From positions 4,886-68,885 of the forward strand of contig DATKPG010000017.1 of the NCBI GenBank assembly GCA_035524255.1: a stretch of DNA of 64,000 nt, read 5' to 3'. The position numbers and the translations under genes were made by a program. The notes beneath the pieces were generated by a model, which was not told the DNA's origin, made no database searches, and saw only the letters and a list, made by a program, of their open reading frames with translations. Below, in pieces: positions 30,099 through 39,753 of the stretch (position 1 is its first letter; each line of letters begins with the position of its first letter). The DNA is from Smithella sp. (lineage in GTDB: Bacteria; Desulfobacterota; Syntrophia; Syntrophales; Smithellaceae).

Positions 30099-30869
30099 AT
30101 GCCCTTCGTCCGATTTTTTAATGATATAATTGATTTTTTCATAACATTGATATTGTGGTGTTATTTTCTTTTCGGTTATGCGGTTATTTTGCCGATTTTA
30201 TATATACCCGCTTATATTTTCGCGAAGAGCCGCGTCATCGCGTTTCAAAATTTAAATCACATCCATTTTAAGTGCTTCATTGCCCTGACACGGTTTTTGA
30301 TTCCCCGCACACAATTTAAAATTTCCGAAGAGGTGCGGAAAATTCACTCCTCTGTCATTATTTGCAATCATCTGTCCTATCTTGATCCTATCTTGCTGAT
30401 ATCGCTTTTTCAGCGGCAGCAAACTATTGTTAAGCATACTTTTTTCAAGGTTCCCGTCTTCGGCTGGCTTTTAAGCAATTCCGGTTATATTTCTTCGGGA
30501 GCAAGAAACATGCTTGGACCGGCCATGATAAATAATCTTGAGGATATAAAAAAGCATCTGGCAGCAGGAGGAATATTGTTTGTGTTTCCCGAAGGAACAA
30601 GAAGCCGCAATGGAGAGCTCGCGCCTTTTAACAAGGGCGTGTTCACCATAGCCCGTTACTGCAACGCTCCGCTGAAACTCATTTTAATTACCGGAACCAA
30701 TAAACTGTTTCAGCCCGGCCATTTCCTGTTTAACACGCGCAATATTAATCAAATTCAATTGGATTTAATCGGTTCTCTCGAGCCGGATTACAAAAGCGAT
30801 TCTTTTTCTATATCCGCCGTTGCCGATCAAGCTGCAAGTATTTTTAAAAAAAAATCGCAAAAAACGTAA
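30099..30869 (+). CDS. Lysophospholipid (1-acyl-glycerol-3-phosphate-type) acyltransferase, membrane-anchored
   Basis: It has the HX4D motif NHLSYLDP, the FPEGTRS motif and N-terminal TM helices. Confidence 0.8.
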   Translation: MPFVRFFNDIIDFFITLILWCYFLFGYAVILPILYIPAYIFAKSRVIAFQNLNHIHFKCFIALTRFLIPRTQFKISEEVRKIHSSVIICNHLSYLDPILLISLFQRQQTIVKHTFFKVPVFGWLLSNSGYISSGARNMLGPAMINNLEDIKKHLAAGGILFVFPEGTRSRNGELAPFNKGVFTIARYCNAPLKLILITGTNKLFQPGHFLFNTRNINQIQLDLIGSLEPDYKSDSFSISAVADQAASIFKKKSQKT

Positions 30870-31038
30870 GGAAGCTTCAACACCATATGGCTTTGCTTAT
30901 AATGATCACTATGCAAAAAGTAACTCCCATACAGTGATGATACGCTCCCCTTTCAAAAACGCTTCCGGTCTTTGGTTAATTTAATGGCAACATATCCCGC
31001 ATTGACAGTGATACTCTCTGTATGAAATAAAACAACTC

Positions 31039-34000
31039 ATGAACATTCTTTTTGGAGAAAAAGAATTGCAAAGCATTATCCAATATATTCGACAAATCAA
31101 TAAACTTATTGATCATTCAATGATTGCGGATTATTACAATATCATTAGTGAGATCAAGGACATTGAAAAAAATAAATTTAAAGATGAAGCGGATTCTTTA
31201 AAAATACTGAACCGGCTGAAAAAAATCTTAACCCTTTCCAATAAGCGTTATCGTCAGCGGGCGTTAAGTATTCCTTTGCTCAAATTTCCGCAAGACTTGC
31301 CCATATCTGCAAAGAAACAGGATATTATTGATAGTATTAAAAACAATCAGGTCACCATTATTACCGGCGAAACCGGATCGGGAAAAACAACGCAAATTCC
31401 AAAGATGTGTCTTATGGCCGCCTGCGGCCTGCGGGGAATGATTGGTCTTACCCAGCCGCGGCGTATTGCCACTGTCAGCATTGCCCAGCGTATTGCGGCT
31501 GAACTTGGTGAAGAATGCGGCAAATCTATCGCCTATAAAATCCGCTTCGAAGAGAAAAGCTCAATGGAGCCGCTCATTAAAGTGATGACCGATGGAATTT
31601 TGCTTGCGGAAACTCAAAGAGATCATGACCTGCTGGCTTATGATACTATCATTGTTGATGAAGCTCACGAACGCAGCCTGAACATTGATTTTATTTTAGG
31701 CTATTTGAGAACCCTTCTTGTCAGAAGAAAAGATTTAAAGGTCATCATCACCTCGGCAACGATTGATACGGAAAAATTTTCCGAAGCTTTTAATAACGCG
31801 CCGGTTATCAAAATTTCCGGACGGATGTATCCGGTGGAAGTCCGCTATCGGCCGGTTGATCCGGTCAAAGAGGAAAAAGGCGAAACAACATATATTGATG
31901 AAGCCGTTGCCTGTGTGGAGAATTTACAGAAGGAAAGACGCTATGAAGATATTTTGATTTTTATGCCCACCGAACAGGATATTCGGGAAACCTGTGGTCT
32001 TTTAACCAAAAAATGCACAGGCCTGATTCTGCCTTTATACGCGAGGCTTTCCGGCTCGCAGCAAAAACTTATTTTTGCCGCGGCGTCTGAGCAAAAAATC
32101 ATTGTCGCCACCAATATTGCGGAAACGTCACTGACGATTCCCGGCATCAAATATGTAATTGATGCGGGGCTTGCGAGAATATTGGAATATAATCCCCGCA
32201 GCCAGACCACAGGCCTGCCGATAAAACCTATTTCACGAAGCAGCGCCGAACAAAGAAAAGGACGATGCGGCCGGGTGCAAAACGGCATTTGTATCAGGCT
32301 CTATTCACAGGAAGATTTCTCCCAAAAGCCTCTTTACACACCGCCGGAGATAATGCGTTCAAATCTGGCCGGCGTCATTCTGCGAATGCTTTCCTTAAAA
32401 CTGGGCTCAATCACTTCGTTTCCCTTCATTGACAGGCCTCAACCCAAAAGCATCCGCGACGGCATTGAAATTTTACGCGATTTAGGAGCGCTGGCCAAAG
32501 AGTGCGGCTCCGAAGCAACAAATCAATACAAATTGACTGAAATTGGCAATACGATGGCTCAGTTTCCGCTTGATCCCAGAGTTTCCCGGATGCTGATCGA
32601 AGCGCAGAAAGAAGGATGCGTAAACGAGATAGCCGTCATTGCCGCCGCGTTAAGCATTCAGGATCCGCGCGAACGGCCCTATGATAAAACGGATCAAGCC
32701 TCAACGGCTCATGCTCTCTTTCATCATGCCGAATCGGATTTTTTAACCTATCTTAACATCTGGAATCGTTATCACGGGATGCTTACGACCCTGCCGACAC
32801 AAAACAAATTGAGAAAATTTTGCCGTGATCATTTTCTTTCCTACAAAAGAATGATTGAATGGCGTGATATCTATCATCAAATAATGGATATTATCGACGA
32901 AAAAAACAGAACGACAAGAAGTAAAAAACAACTCCATATTGAAATAGATCAGGATATCGCCGATAAAATTCATCGCTGTATTCTCAGCGGTTATCTTTCC
33001 AACATTGCCCAAAAGAAAGAGAAGAACTTTTTCAACGCGGCCAAGAGCAGAGCGGTAATGATTTACCCCGGTTCCGGTTTGTTTAATCGCGCAGGCAATT
33101 GGATCGTGGCGGCGGAAATAAACATGACATCGCGAGTTTTTGCCCGCAATGTCGCCAATATTAAAAGTGAATGGCTGGAAAAACTGGGCAAAGACAATTG
33201 CCGCTATACTTATGCTGCCGCCCATTGGGAAAAATATCGCGGGCAGGTTGTCGCCATGGAAAAAGTAACGCTTTTTGGTTTAACCATTGTGGAACAACGG
33301 CGAGTCTCTTATGAACGAATTAATCAGGAAGAAGCCAAATCAATATTTATCCGCGAAGCCCTCGTCACCGGAGAAATTCCCCGCAGGATTCCTTTTCTGG
33401 AACACAACCTGTCTCTATGGAATCAGGCAAAAATAATGGAAGAAAAACTGCGCAAACGCGGTATTGTTGTTGATGATGAAACCATCGCCTGTCTTTACGA
33501 ACAAAGATTGCCGGTAATTTCCGATATCCGGTCTTTACTGAATCTTATTAAAGAAAAAGGCAGCGATGAATTTCTACGTTTCCGGGAAGAAGATTTAATT
33601 GCCCATGAACCTGATCCTGAAGAAATATCTCACTATCCCGATCAAATAAAAATCGGAGATGCCGCTCTAACATGTCATTATAATTTTGAGCCGGGCCAAA
33701 TTGATGACGGCGTAACCGTAAATGTTCCCCTGGGCTTTGTTTCCATGGCTGCACAGGAAAATATCGATGGTTGCCTGCCGTCCTTAGTGCAGGGAAAGGC
33801 CTTTCTCTTATTGAAATCGCTTCCTAAATCCCTTCGTCAGAAACTTCCATCGCCTGCTCAAATTGCACAGTTATTCCTGGACCAAAAATCATATTTAAAT
33901 AAATCTTTACCACAGTCTTTGAGTCAATTTCTACTCGATACATACAAGATAACTGTGCCCCTCGACGCATGGGCAATGGATAGACTACCTGCTCACTTAA

Positions 34001-35076
34001 ATATACGCTACAGTGTTAGAGATGAAGAAGGAAATGAAATAAGAAACAGCCGAAACATTCATCTGCTGCAAAAAGAACTTGCCGGCACGGTTAATACGTC
34101 GGCGATGGATAAGGTTCGCGGCCAATGGGAGAGGGAAGGGATTACCCGCTGGGACTTTGGAGAATTGCCTCAGCAAATTCCTCTCACCGGCATTCAGGGT
34201 TTTGCCGGTTATGCCTATCCGGCTCTGCATCGGACAGATGATTCTATTCATCTTCGTCTTTTTTCTGATCCGAAAGAAAGCGCCGCTATGCATCTTCAGG
34301 GCGTTGCGGCGCTTTATGAAATTCATTTTGCCGAGATGCTGAAACAACTCAGAAAAAATGTAACTCTGAACGCCGAAATGAAAGCAATAGCGGCAAATAT
34401 CGGCAATCCTAAACAACTGGAGCAGTCCATCGTCAACAGAGTAAAAAAAGATTTATTTTTTAAATCATGGCGCAGGGAGGAAGATTTTATTCAACACGCC
34501 GATTCTCTGAATTCCGAAATATTGCCATACGGCCAGGAAGTGCTTGTTTCCATAGCGCCCGTATTGAAAATCTTTGACGATACTTATATAAGCATTCACA
34601 AACTCACGAAGAAAAATACCGGCAATAATCCTGTGTTGAAATTCCTCAGGGATATTCTGACAGGACTGAAGAACCTTGTACCGGTTGATTTTCCGGAGTT
34701 TTATGCGTTTGACCGCATGAAGGATCTGGCGCGCTACTGCAAAGCGCTTGCTCTGAGGGCTGAGCGGGGATCGCTTAATCTTGCAGCAGCGCAAAAGAAA
34801 ATACAGGAAGTAATGGTTTATTCACGGCAACTGCAACAACTGCTTGCACCAGCCATAATAAACTTGATTCCGTCGCATATTGGAATCAAAGACATAAGTA
34901 TTTTTAAAGATGATATTTCGCTGGATTTTTCAGAAGAAAAAAAGAAGCTAATTGAAGATTTGTTTTGGATGATTGAAGAATATAAAGTATCTTTGTTCGC
35001 GCAGGAACTTAAAACCCCCTATCCGGTATCGCCAAAAAAGCTGAACCAGTTGATTGAGGAGATTAAAAAACTTTAG
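31039..35076 (+). CDS. hrpA: ATP-dependent RNA helicase HrpA (DEAH-box)
   Basis: 1345 aa. Motifs are GETGSGKTTQIPK, DEAHERS, SAT and QRKGRCGR. The long C-terminal extension is typical of HrpA. Confidence 0.95.
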   Translation: MNILFGEKELQSIIQYIRQINKLIDHSMIADYYNIISEIKDIEKNKFKDEADSLKILNRLKKILTLSNKRYRQRALSIPLLKFPQDLPISAKKQDIIDSIKNNQVTIITGETGSGKTTQIPKMCLMAACGLRGMIGLTQPRRIATVSIAQRIAAELGEECGKSIAYKIRFEEKSSMEPLIKVMTDGILLAETQRDHDLLAYDTIIVDEAHERSLNIDFILGYLRTLLVRRKDLKVIITSATIDTEKFSEAFNNAPVIKISGRMYPVEVRYRPVDPVKEEKGETTYIDEAVACVENLQKERRYEDILIFMPTEQDIRETCGLLTKKCTGLILPLYARLSGSQQKLIFAAASEQKIIVATNIAETSLTIPGIKYVIDAGLARILEYNPRSQTTGLPIKPISRSSAEQRKGRCGRVQNGICIRLYSQEDFSQKPLYTPPEIMRSNLAGVILRMLSLKLGSITSFPFIDRPQPKSIRDGIEILRDLGALAKECGSEATNQYKLTEIGNTMAQFPLDPRVSRMLIEAQKEGCVNEIAVIAAALSIQDPRERPYDKTDQASTAHALFHHAESDFLTYLNIWNRYHGMLTTLPTQNKLRKFCRDHFLSYKRMIEWRDIYHQIMDIIDEKNRTTRSKKQLHIEIDQDIADKIHRCILSGYLSNIAQKKEKNFFNAAKSRAVMIYPGSGLFNRAGNWIVAAEINMTSRVFARNVANIKSEWLEKLGKDNCRYTYAAAHWEKYRGQVVAMEKVTLFGLTIVEQRRVSYERINQEEAKSIFIREALVTGEIPRRIPFLEHNLSLWNQAKIMEEKLRKRGIVVDDETIACLYEQRLPVISDIRSLLNLIKEKGSDEFLRFREEDLIAHEPDPEEISHYPDQIKIGDAALTCHYNFEPGQIDDGVTVNVPLGFVSMAAQENIDGCLPSLVQGKAFLLLKSLPKSLRQKLPSPAQIAQLFLDQKSYLNKSLPQSLSQFLLDTYKITVPLDAWAMDRLPAHLNIRYSVRDEEGNEIRNSRNIHLLQKELAGTVNTSAMDKVRGQWEREGITRWDFGELPQQIPLTGIQGFAGYAYPALHRTDDSIHLRLFSDPKESAAMHLQGVAALYEIHFAEMLKQLRKNVTLNAEMKAIAANIGNPKQLEQSIVNRVKKDLFFKSWRREEDFIQHADSLNSEILPYGQEVLVSIAPVLKIFDDTYISIHKLTKKNTGNNPVLKFLRDILTGLKNLVPVDFPEFYAFDRMKDLARYCKALALRAERGSLNLAAAQKKIQEVMVYSRQLQQLLAPAIINLIPSHIGIKDISIFKDDISLDFSEEKKKLIEDLFWMIEEYKVSLFAQELKTPYPVSPKKLNQLIEEIKKL

Positions 35077-35119
35077 CGGCAGGCATTGTCAGCGCTTTCA
35101 AGTCTGCGCAAAATATCAA

Positions 35120-35148
35120 TTGACAAGAAAAAACGGCATCCCTATACT
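35120..35148 (+). promoter_or_regulatory. Sigma70-type promoter upstream of the Cys-rich Fe-S protein gene
   Basis: TTGACA (35120-35125), 17 nt spacer, TATACT (35143-35148). Confidence 0.55.
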
Positions 35149-35234
35149 CCCACGTGAAAAGTGATACTTCGTAATGTATTTGATACGAAAAATTCTTTTT
35201 CACCGCCCTGAGTGGCCGTTTATTCAAAGGATTA

Positions 35235-36392
35235 ATGAATCATGGAGGAACCAATATGAATATTGATGAAAAATATAAAAAAGCCGGTGAAGTTATCAGC
35301 ACGGCAGGAGGAACGCCGCTTCCCGTTAGCGATACCCTTATTAAACTTTTAAAGTATTTTATTATGGAAGATGAAGTGGACTTTATCGCCGCCTTTGCCG
35401 ATAAAAAATCACAGACAATGGAGCAGTTAAAACAATCAAGCGGGTTATCGGAAGAAGAGATTAACAAAAAAGTGACATCACTGGCTGCCAGAGGTGTAAT
35501 ATTTAATCAGCCAAACAGCAAAGGGATCATGGTTTTCAGATTGCTGCCGCTGTTCAACGTCGGGACTTTTGAGTATAAATTCATGGGCAAACTGAAAAAA
35601 ACCGACAGGGACAGAGAAATAAGCGCTTTGTTTAGTCAATTGTTTATGGAATTAAAGAGCATGGTTCAGGACAACTATGATGCGATTGTGCCCATGCTCA
35701 TGACCGCCCCGCCTGTCGACCGAACCGTAACTGTTTTTGAAAACAAACCGAAAAATGAACCCATTAAAATCGTCATCAATAAAAAACTGGAAGGGGCAAT
35801 AGACAGAATTGTACCTTCGCAAAAGGTTGAGGAACTCATTCAGAAATTTGACGAGATTGCACTGGGTCATTGTTTCTGCCGTCATTATAAGGATATGCTG
35901 GGCACTCCCTGCAAACAGACAAACGAACGGGAAACCTGCTTTACTTTTGGTAAATCGGCAAGGTTTACATCAGAGCAGGGCTTTTCGAGAATGATTTCGA
36001 AGGATGAAGCTCTGAAGGTTTTAAAGCGGGCGGAGGAAGCAGGACTTGTGCATAAGGCCTATCATCCGAATTTTGACACGAGCAAAGATGAAACCAGCAT
36101 CTGCAATTGCTGCCGATGCTGCTGCGCCAACGGAGCTGATAATATGATCGCGCCTATAACTAACGCGACTAATTTCATATCCATGGTCAATGAAGACCTT
36201 TGCATCGGGTGCGGTACATGCGTGAAACATTGTCATACTTACGCAGCTTATATGAAAGACAATAAAAAAGCGGGCAGAAAAGAAGAGCTTTGCATCGGGT
36301 GCGGTGTGTGCGCGTATTTCTGTCCGCAAAACGCGATATCAATGGTTGAAGGCGAAAGAATCGTAAGGATACCTCCCAAGAAAATGAAATAG
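35235..36392 (+). CDS. Cys-rich iron-sulfur protein with C-terminal 2x[4Fe-4S] ferredoxin domain
   Basis: It has two CxxCxxCxxxC(P) motifs (CIGCGTCVKHC and CIGCGVCAYFCP). Upstream Cys clusters are CFCRHY...PCKQ...CFTFG and CNCCRCCC. An alternative start lies at 35256 (MNIDEKY). Confidence 0.7.
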   Translation: MNHGGTNMNIDEKYKKAGEVISTAGGTPLPVSDTLIKLLKYFIMEDEVDFIAAFADKKSQTMEQLKQSSGLSEEEINKKVTSLAARGVIFNQPNSKGIMVFRLLPLFNVGTFEYKFMGKLKKTDRDREISALFSQLFMELKSMVQDNYDAIVPMLMTAPPVDRTVTVFENKPKNEPIKIVINKKLEGAIDRIVPSQKVEELIQKFDEIALGHCFCRHYKDMLGTPCKQTNERETCFTFGKSARFTSEQGFSRMISKDEALKVLKRAEEAGLVHKAYHPNFDTSKDETSICNCCRCCCANGADNMIAPITNATNFISMVNEDLCIGCGTCVKHCHTYAAYMKDNKKAGRKEELCIGCGVCAYFCPQNAISMVEGERIVRIPPKKMK

Positions 36393-36498
36393 CTATTAAT
36401 GGATGTCAGGCGGTGAGAGATTTATTGGATTCGATGAATCCAATGCGGTTATCCGGCTTTCGCTTGCCGCCGATCAGCATTTTCAATAAGATTTTCCT

Positions 36499-37569
36499 TC
36501 AATCCGTCTTAGCAGCATGTAAAATTTCTTCTATTATTCCGCCCCCCAGAACACAGTCATGATCATAAAAAACAACGGATTGGCCGGGAGTTATTGCTTC
36601 CTGTTCTTCGGCAAATAAAACTTTGACTCCATCCTGTGTAAACGTCACTTTGCAGGCGGCTTCCTTTTTCCGGTATCTGATTTTTGCATACACCGGACTG
36701 GGCCAGGATTGGACAAGCATGTTTATATCTCTGGCTACCAGCCCTTTTGCCTTTAAATCTTTTTTATCACCAACGACTATACGATTTTTGCCGGGATCAA
36801 TAGAAACAACATAAAGCGGCGTCGCGTGGCTGATGCCAAGACCTCCCCGCTGGCCGATCGTATAAAATATTATCCCTCGGTGCTGACCCAGAACATTCCC
36901 CTGCATATCCACAATCGGACCCTGCTTTAATTGTTGCACACGTCCGGAGATAAATTCCTGATATTTATTCTGTGTCACAAAACATATATCCTGACTTTCC
37001 TGTTTTTCCGCGACAGGCAGGGAAGCTTTTTTCGCGATTCCCCTTACTTCATCCTTGGTCAGAGGTGCGAGGGGGAATAATATATTCTTCATTTTTTCAC
37101 GGGGTATGACATAGAGAAAATATGTCTGGTCCTTTTTTCTGTCTTTGGGTTTCTTCAGACAATAACCATTTTCATTTTTTTCGATAGCCGCGTAATGACC
37201 TGTCGCCAGAAAATCAAATCCAAGCACCAGAGCCTTTTCCAGCAGATTATCGAATTTCAGATGGCGGTTACATTCAACACAGGGATTCGGCGTTCTTCCT
37301 TTTTTGTATTCACTGATAAAGTTAGCGATGACCTTATCTTCAAGCTGGGACGCGTAATCAAATACATAGTGAGGAATTTTAAGTCTGTCACATACTCTTT
37401 TTGCATCGTTAATCGCGTCGGCTCCGCAGCATTTCGCGCTCTCTCCTTCTGTGGCTATGCCGAAACACATCGTTACACCGGAAACATCATAACCTTCATC
37501 TGCAAGCAGCATGGCGGCAACAGATGAATCGACTCCGCCGCTCATGGCGACTAAAACTTTCTTGCCCAT
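36499..37569 (-). CDS. mnmA: tRNA 2-thiouridine(34) synthase MnmA
   Basis: It has the PP-loop VLVAMSGGVDSSVAA, catalytic Cys motifs (NPCVECN and QDICF) and is 356 aa. Confidence 0.95.
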   Translation of the reverse strand: MGKKVLVAMSGGVDSSVAAMLLADEGYDVSGVTMCFGIATEGESAKCCGADAINDAKRVCDRLKIPHYVFDYASQLEDKVIANFISEYKKGRTPNPCVECNRHLKFDNLLEKALVLGFDFLATGHYAAIEKNENGYCLKKPKDRKKDQTYFLYVIPREKMKNILFPLAPLTKDEVRGIAKKASLPVAEKQESQDICFVTQNKYQEFISGRVQQLKQGPIVDMQGNVLGQHRGIIFYTIGQRGGLGISHATPLYVVSIDPGKNRIVVGDKKDLKAKGLVARDINMLVQSWPSPVYAKIRYRKKEAACKVTFTQDGVKVLFAEEQEAITPGQSVVFYDHDCVLGGGIIEEILHAAKTD

Positions 37570-37805
37570 TTTCCCTCTGATTTTATAATAACTAGTTTTG
37601 AGGGGAGTATAAGAATATCAACATTGCGTGTCAATAAAATATAAATCTTCGGCTCAAAGATCCCGAGCACCGGATTATCGTAAATAAATATTTGCTATTA
37701 TTAAGGTTTTAGTTTAAACACTAATTTCATGACTCAATAGCATTGTTTAAAAAACGATGAAGCTAATAATTCATCACCATACGCATTTACAAATAAGGAA
37801 ATGCC

Positions 37806-38193
37806 ATGAAAATTAGCCATTCTAACAAGCTATGTACAGCCGCAATCATCCTGCTTCTCGCCATTACAGTAACCGTTATTTTGAAGACGCTTAATATTAA
37901 GATAATGTCATATGGAGAAAACAATGTCATTTCGGGCTACTTGATCTTACAGAATGCGTAGTTGAGAAATTATTACAGGCATCCATAATCTGAACTTTGC
38001 TATTGAAAAGGTTTCGCAATCGGTCTTTTTCGAAAAACGACAGGCCATTGTCGGCACCAGTATCGGAATCACGCTTTTCCCTGACCATGGCGAAGACATG
38101 GATCAACTTATCAAGCTGGCCGACGAAGCCATGTACCAAGTAAAAAATGCCGGTAAGAACGGATTTCGTTTTGTAAACACTTCGATAAAATGA
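37806..38193 (+). pseudogene. Decayed diguanylate cyclase gene (N-terminal TM stub plus out-of-frame C-terminal GGDEF fragment)
   Basis: Own translation of 37806-37961 gives MKISHSNKLCTAAIILLLAITVTVILKTLNIK...*, a TM stub. In a different frame, 37966-38193 gives ...VGTSIGITLFPDHGEDMDQLIKLADEAMYQVKNAGKNGFRFVNTSIK*. That matches the extreme C-terminus of GGDEF domains; the GG(D/E)EF motif itself is absent. Confidence 0.65.
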
Positions 38194-38311
38194 TATCTAA
38201 CATTTCATATTAAATTGGAAAGAAATATCAAGCCCACTGGCGCATCAACGCGTATATGGTAAAGCGACGCAACTTAAAAAACTCTGTAATAAATCAAAGG
38301 AGATTTTATTT

Positions 38312-39079
38312 ATGAAGCAATTTGTTTTAACTCCCGCGGCGGGGAAACGTCTGATCGGAAAAGCGATTGTCAGGCATGCCGCTGTCACAAAAGCTTTAAA
38401 AAAAGGAACTGTTGTCATTGTTGCAGGGACAACGAACGGCTATGCGGCCCAGGAAATACTTTCAAGGCTTGGTCTGGAAAAAGACTTTGCGAGAAACCAT
38501 TTTTACCGCGGAATAATTCTTCCACCCAATCGTCCGGTAACTTCCATAGGAAGAGTCCCTGATACAGGCAAATTCCCCGGTGATGTAATCATAAAAAATG
38601 GGGTATTTCTGAGAGGTAAGACGATATTCGATGTGGCGGATAATCTGCGCGAAGGAGACGTTATTCTGAAAGGCGCCAATGCCATCGACATCATACAAAA
38701 GCGCGCGGCAATCCTCATTGGCGATCCGAAGGCCGGAACCATCGGTGTTTCTCTGCAGGCGATGGCCGGCCGTCGCGTGCGATTGATTCTTCCGGTTGGA
38801 CTGGAAAAGCGCGTTTGCGAAGATCTTGATAAATTGGCGGCAAACATGAACGCTCCGGGCGCCAGGGGCCCACGGCTTTTGCCCGTCCCGGGAGAGATTT
38901 TTACAGAGATTGACGCAATCTACCTGCTTACCGGCGCGTCAGCTCACTTGGTCGCGGCAGGCGGAGTTTGCGGAGCTGAAGGAAGCGTCTGGCTTGCCGT
39001 AAGCGGTTCACCGTCGCAGGAAAAAGCCGCGGAAGCTCTTATAAAATCTGTCATCCATGAACCGGCATTTAACTTTTAA
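38312..39079 (+). CDS. Conserved hypothetical protein (255 aa)
   Basis: Good RBS (AAAGGAGATTTTATTT-ATG) and coding-like composition. A Gly-rich stretch [13 protein letters not shown] is present. No family was recognised. It ends 17 nt before nth. Confidence 0.6.
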   Translation: MKQFVLTPAAGKRLIGKAIVRHAAVTKALKKGTVVIVAGTTNGYAAQEILSRLGLEKDFARNHFYRGIILPPNRPVTSIGRVPDTGKFPGDVIIKNGVFLRGKTIFDVADNLREGDVILKGANAIDIIQKRAAILIGDPKAGTIGVSLQAMAGRRVRLILPVGLEKRVCEDLDKLAANMNAPGARGPRLLPVPGEIFTEIDAIYLLTGASAHLVAAGGVCGAEGSVWLAVSGSPSQEKAAEALIKSVIHEPAFNF

Positions 39080-39096
39080 TTTTTTGAAGGAGTGAA

Positions 39097-39753
39097 ATGA
39101 AAGACAGTCAAATCAACACCGTAATAAAAATTTTAAAAAAGGAGCTGGCTGTGGGAACGATGCCGATAGTGTCGCATCTGGCGGAGAATCAGCGCGACCC
39201 TTTCGTCATATTAATTTCCACGCTGCTGAGCCTGCGCACAAAAGATGAAGTTACCGCTGTAGCGACCGAAAGACTTTTTGCGCTTGCTTCCACGCCGGAA
39301 GAGATGCTGAAAGTTTCTTTAGATAAAATAGCAAAGACAATTTATCCTGTAGGATTTTATCGGGTAAAAGCGCGCAGCATTCATCATGTCTGCAGGGAGC
39401 TCATTGAACGCTTTGCCTCAAAAGTGCCGGATAACATCGATGACCTGCTAAGCATTAAAGGTGTTGGCCGGAAAACCGCTAATCTGGTTGTTTCGCTTGC
39501 ATATGGCAGGGATGCCATTTGTGTTGATACGCACGTGCACAGGATTTCCAACCGGTTGGGCTATGTTAAAACAAAAACACCCGATGAAACCGAGTTTGCT
39601 CTGCGAAAAAAACTGCCGCGCCGTCACTGGATCATTTACAATACCATTATGGTCGCGTTTGGCCGTCAAACGTGCAAGCCTGTATCGCCTCTTTGCTCCC
39701 GGTGTCCAATAAACAAATTCTGCGACCGGGTCGGTGTAACCTTTAGTCGTTAA
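39097..39753 (+). CDS. nth: Endonuclease III (HhH-GPD DNA glycosylase with [4Fe-4S])
   Basis: It has an HhH motif (IKGVGRKTANLV), a catalytic Asp region (VDTHVHR) and a C-terminal CX6CX2CX5C cluster (CKPVSPLCSRCPINKFC). Confidence 0.9.
   Translation: MKDSQINTVIKILKKELAVGTMPIVSHLAENQRDPFVILISTLLSLRTKDEVTAVATERLFALASTPEEMLKVSLDKIAKTIYPVGFYRVKARSIHHVCRELIERFASKVPDNIDDLLSIKGVGRKTANLVVSLAYGRDAICVDTHVHRISNRLGYVKTKTPDETEFALRKKLPRRHWIIYNTIMVAFGRQTCKPVSPLCSRCPINKFCDRVGVTFSR

Noticed and set aside
32743-33225. 160-aa minus-strand ORF inside hrpA, together with similar antisense ORFs at 31941-32288 and 33997-34416
   Set aside because: They lie opposite a continuous 1345-aa helicase ORF with all DEAH motifs, so they are shadow frames.
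37927-38139. 70-aa minus-strand ORF
   Set aside because: It is antisense to the GGDEF C-terminal remnant, whose plus-strand translation gives a clear domain match.
38238-38252. Sigma-54-like TGGCGC...GC element upstream of the 255-aa hypothetical gene
   Set aside because: The GG-to-GC spacing is one nucleotide short of the -24/-12 consensus, and the -12 region lacks TTGC.
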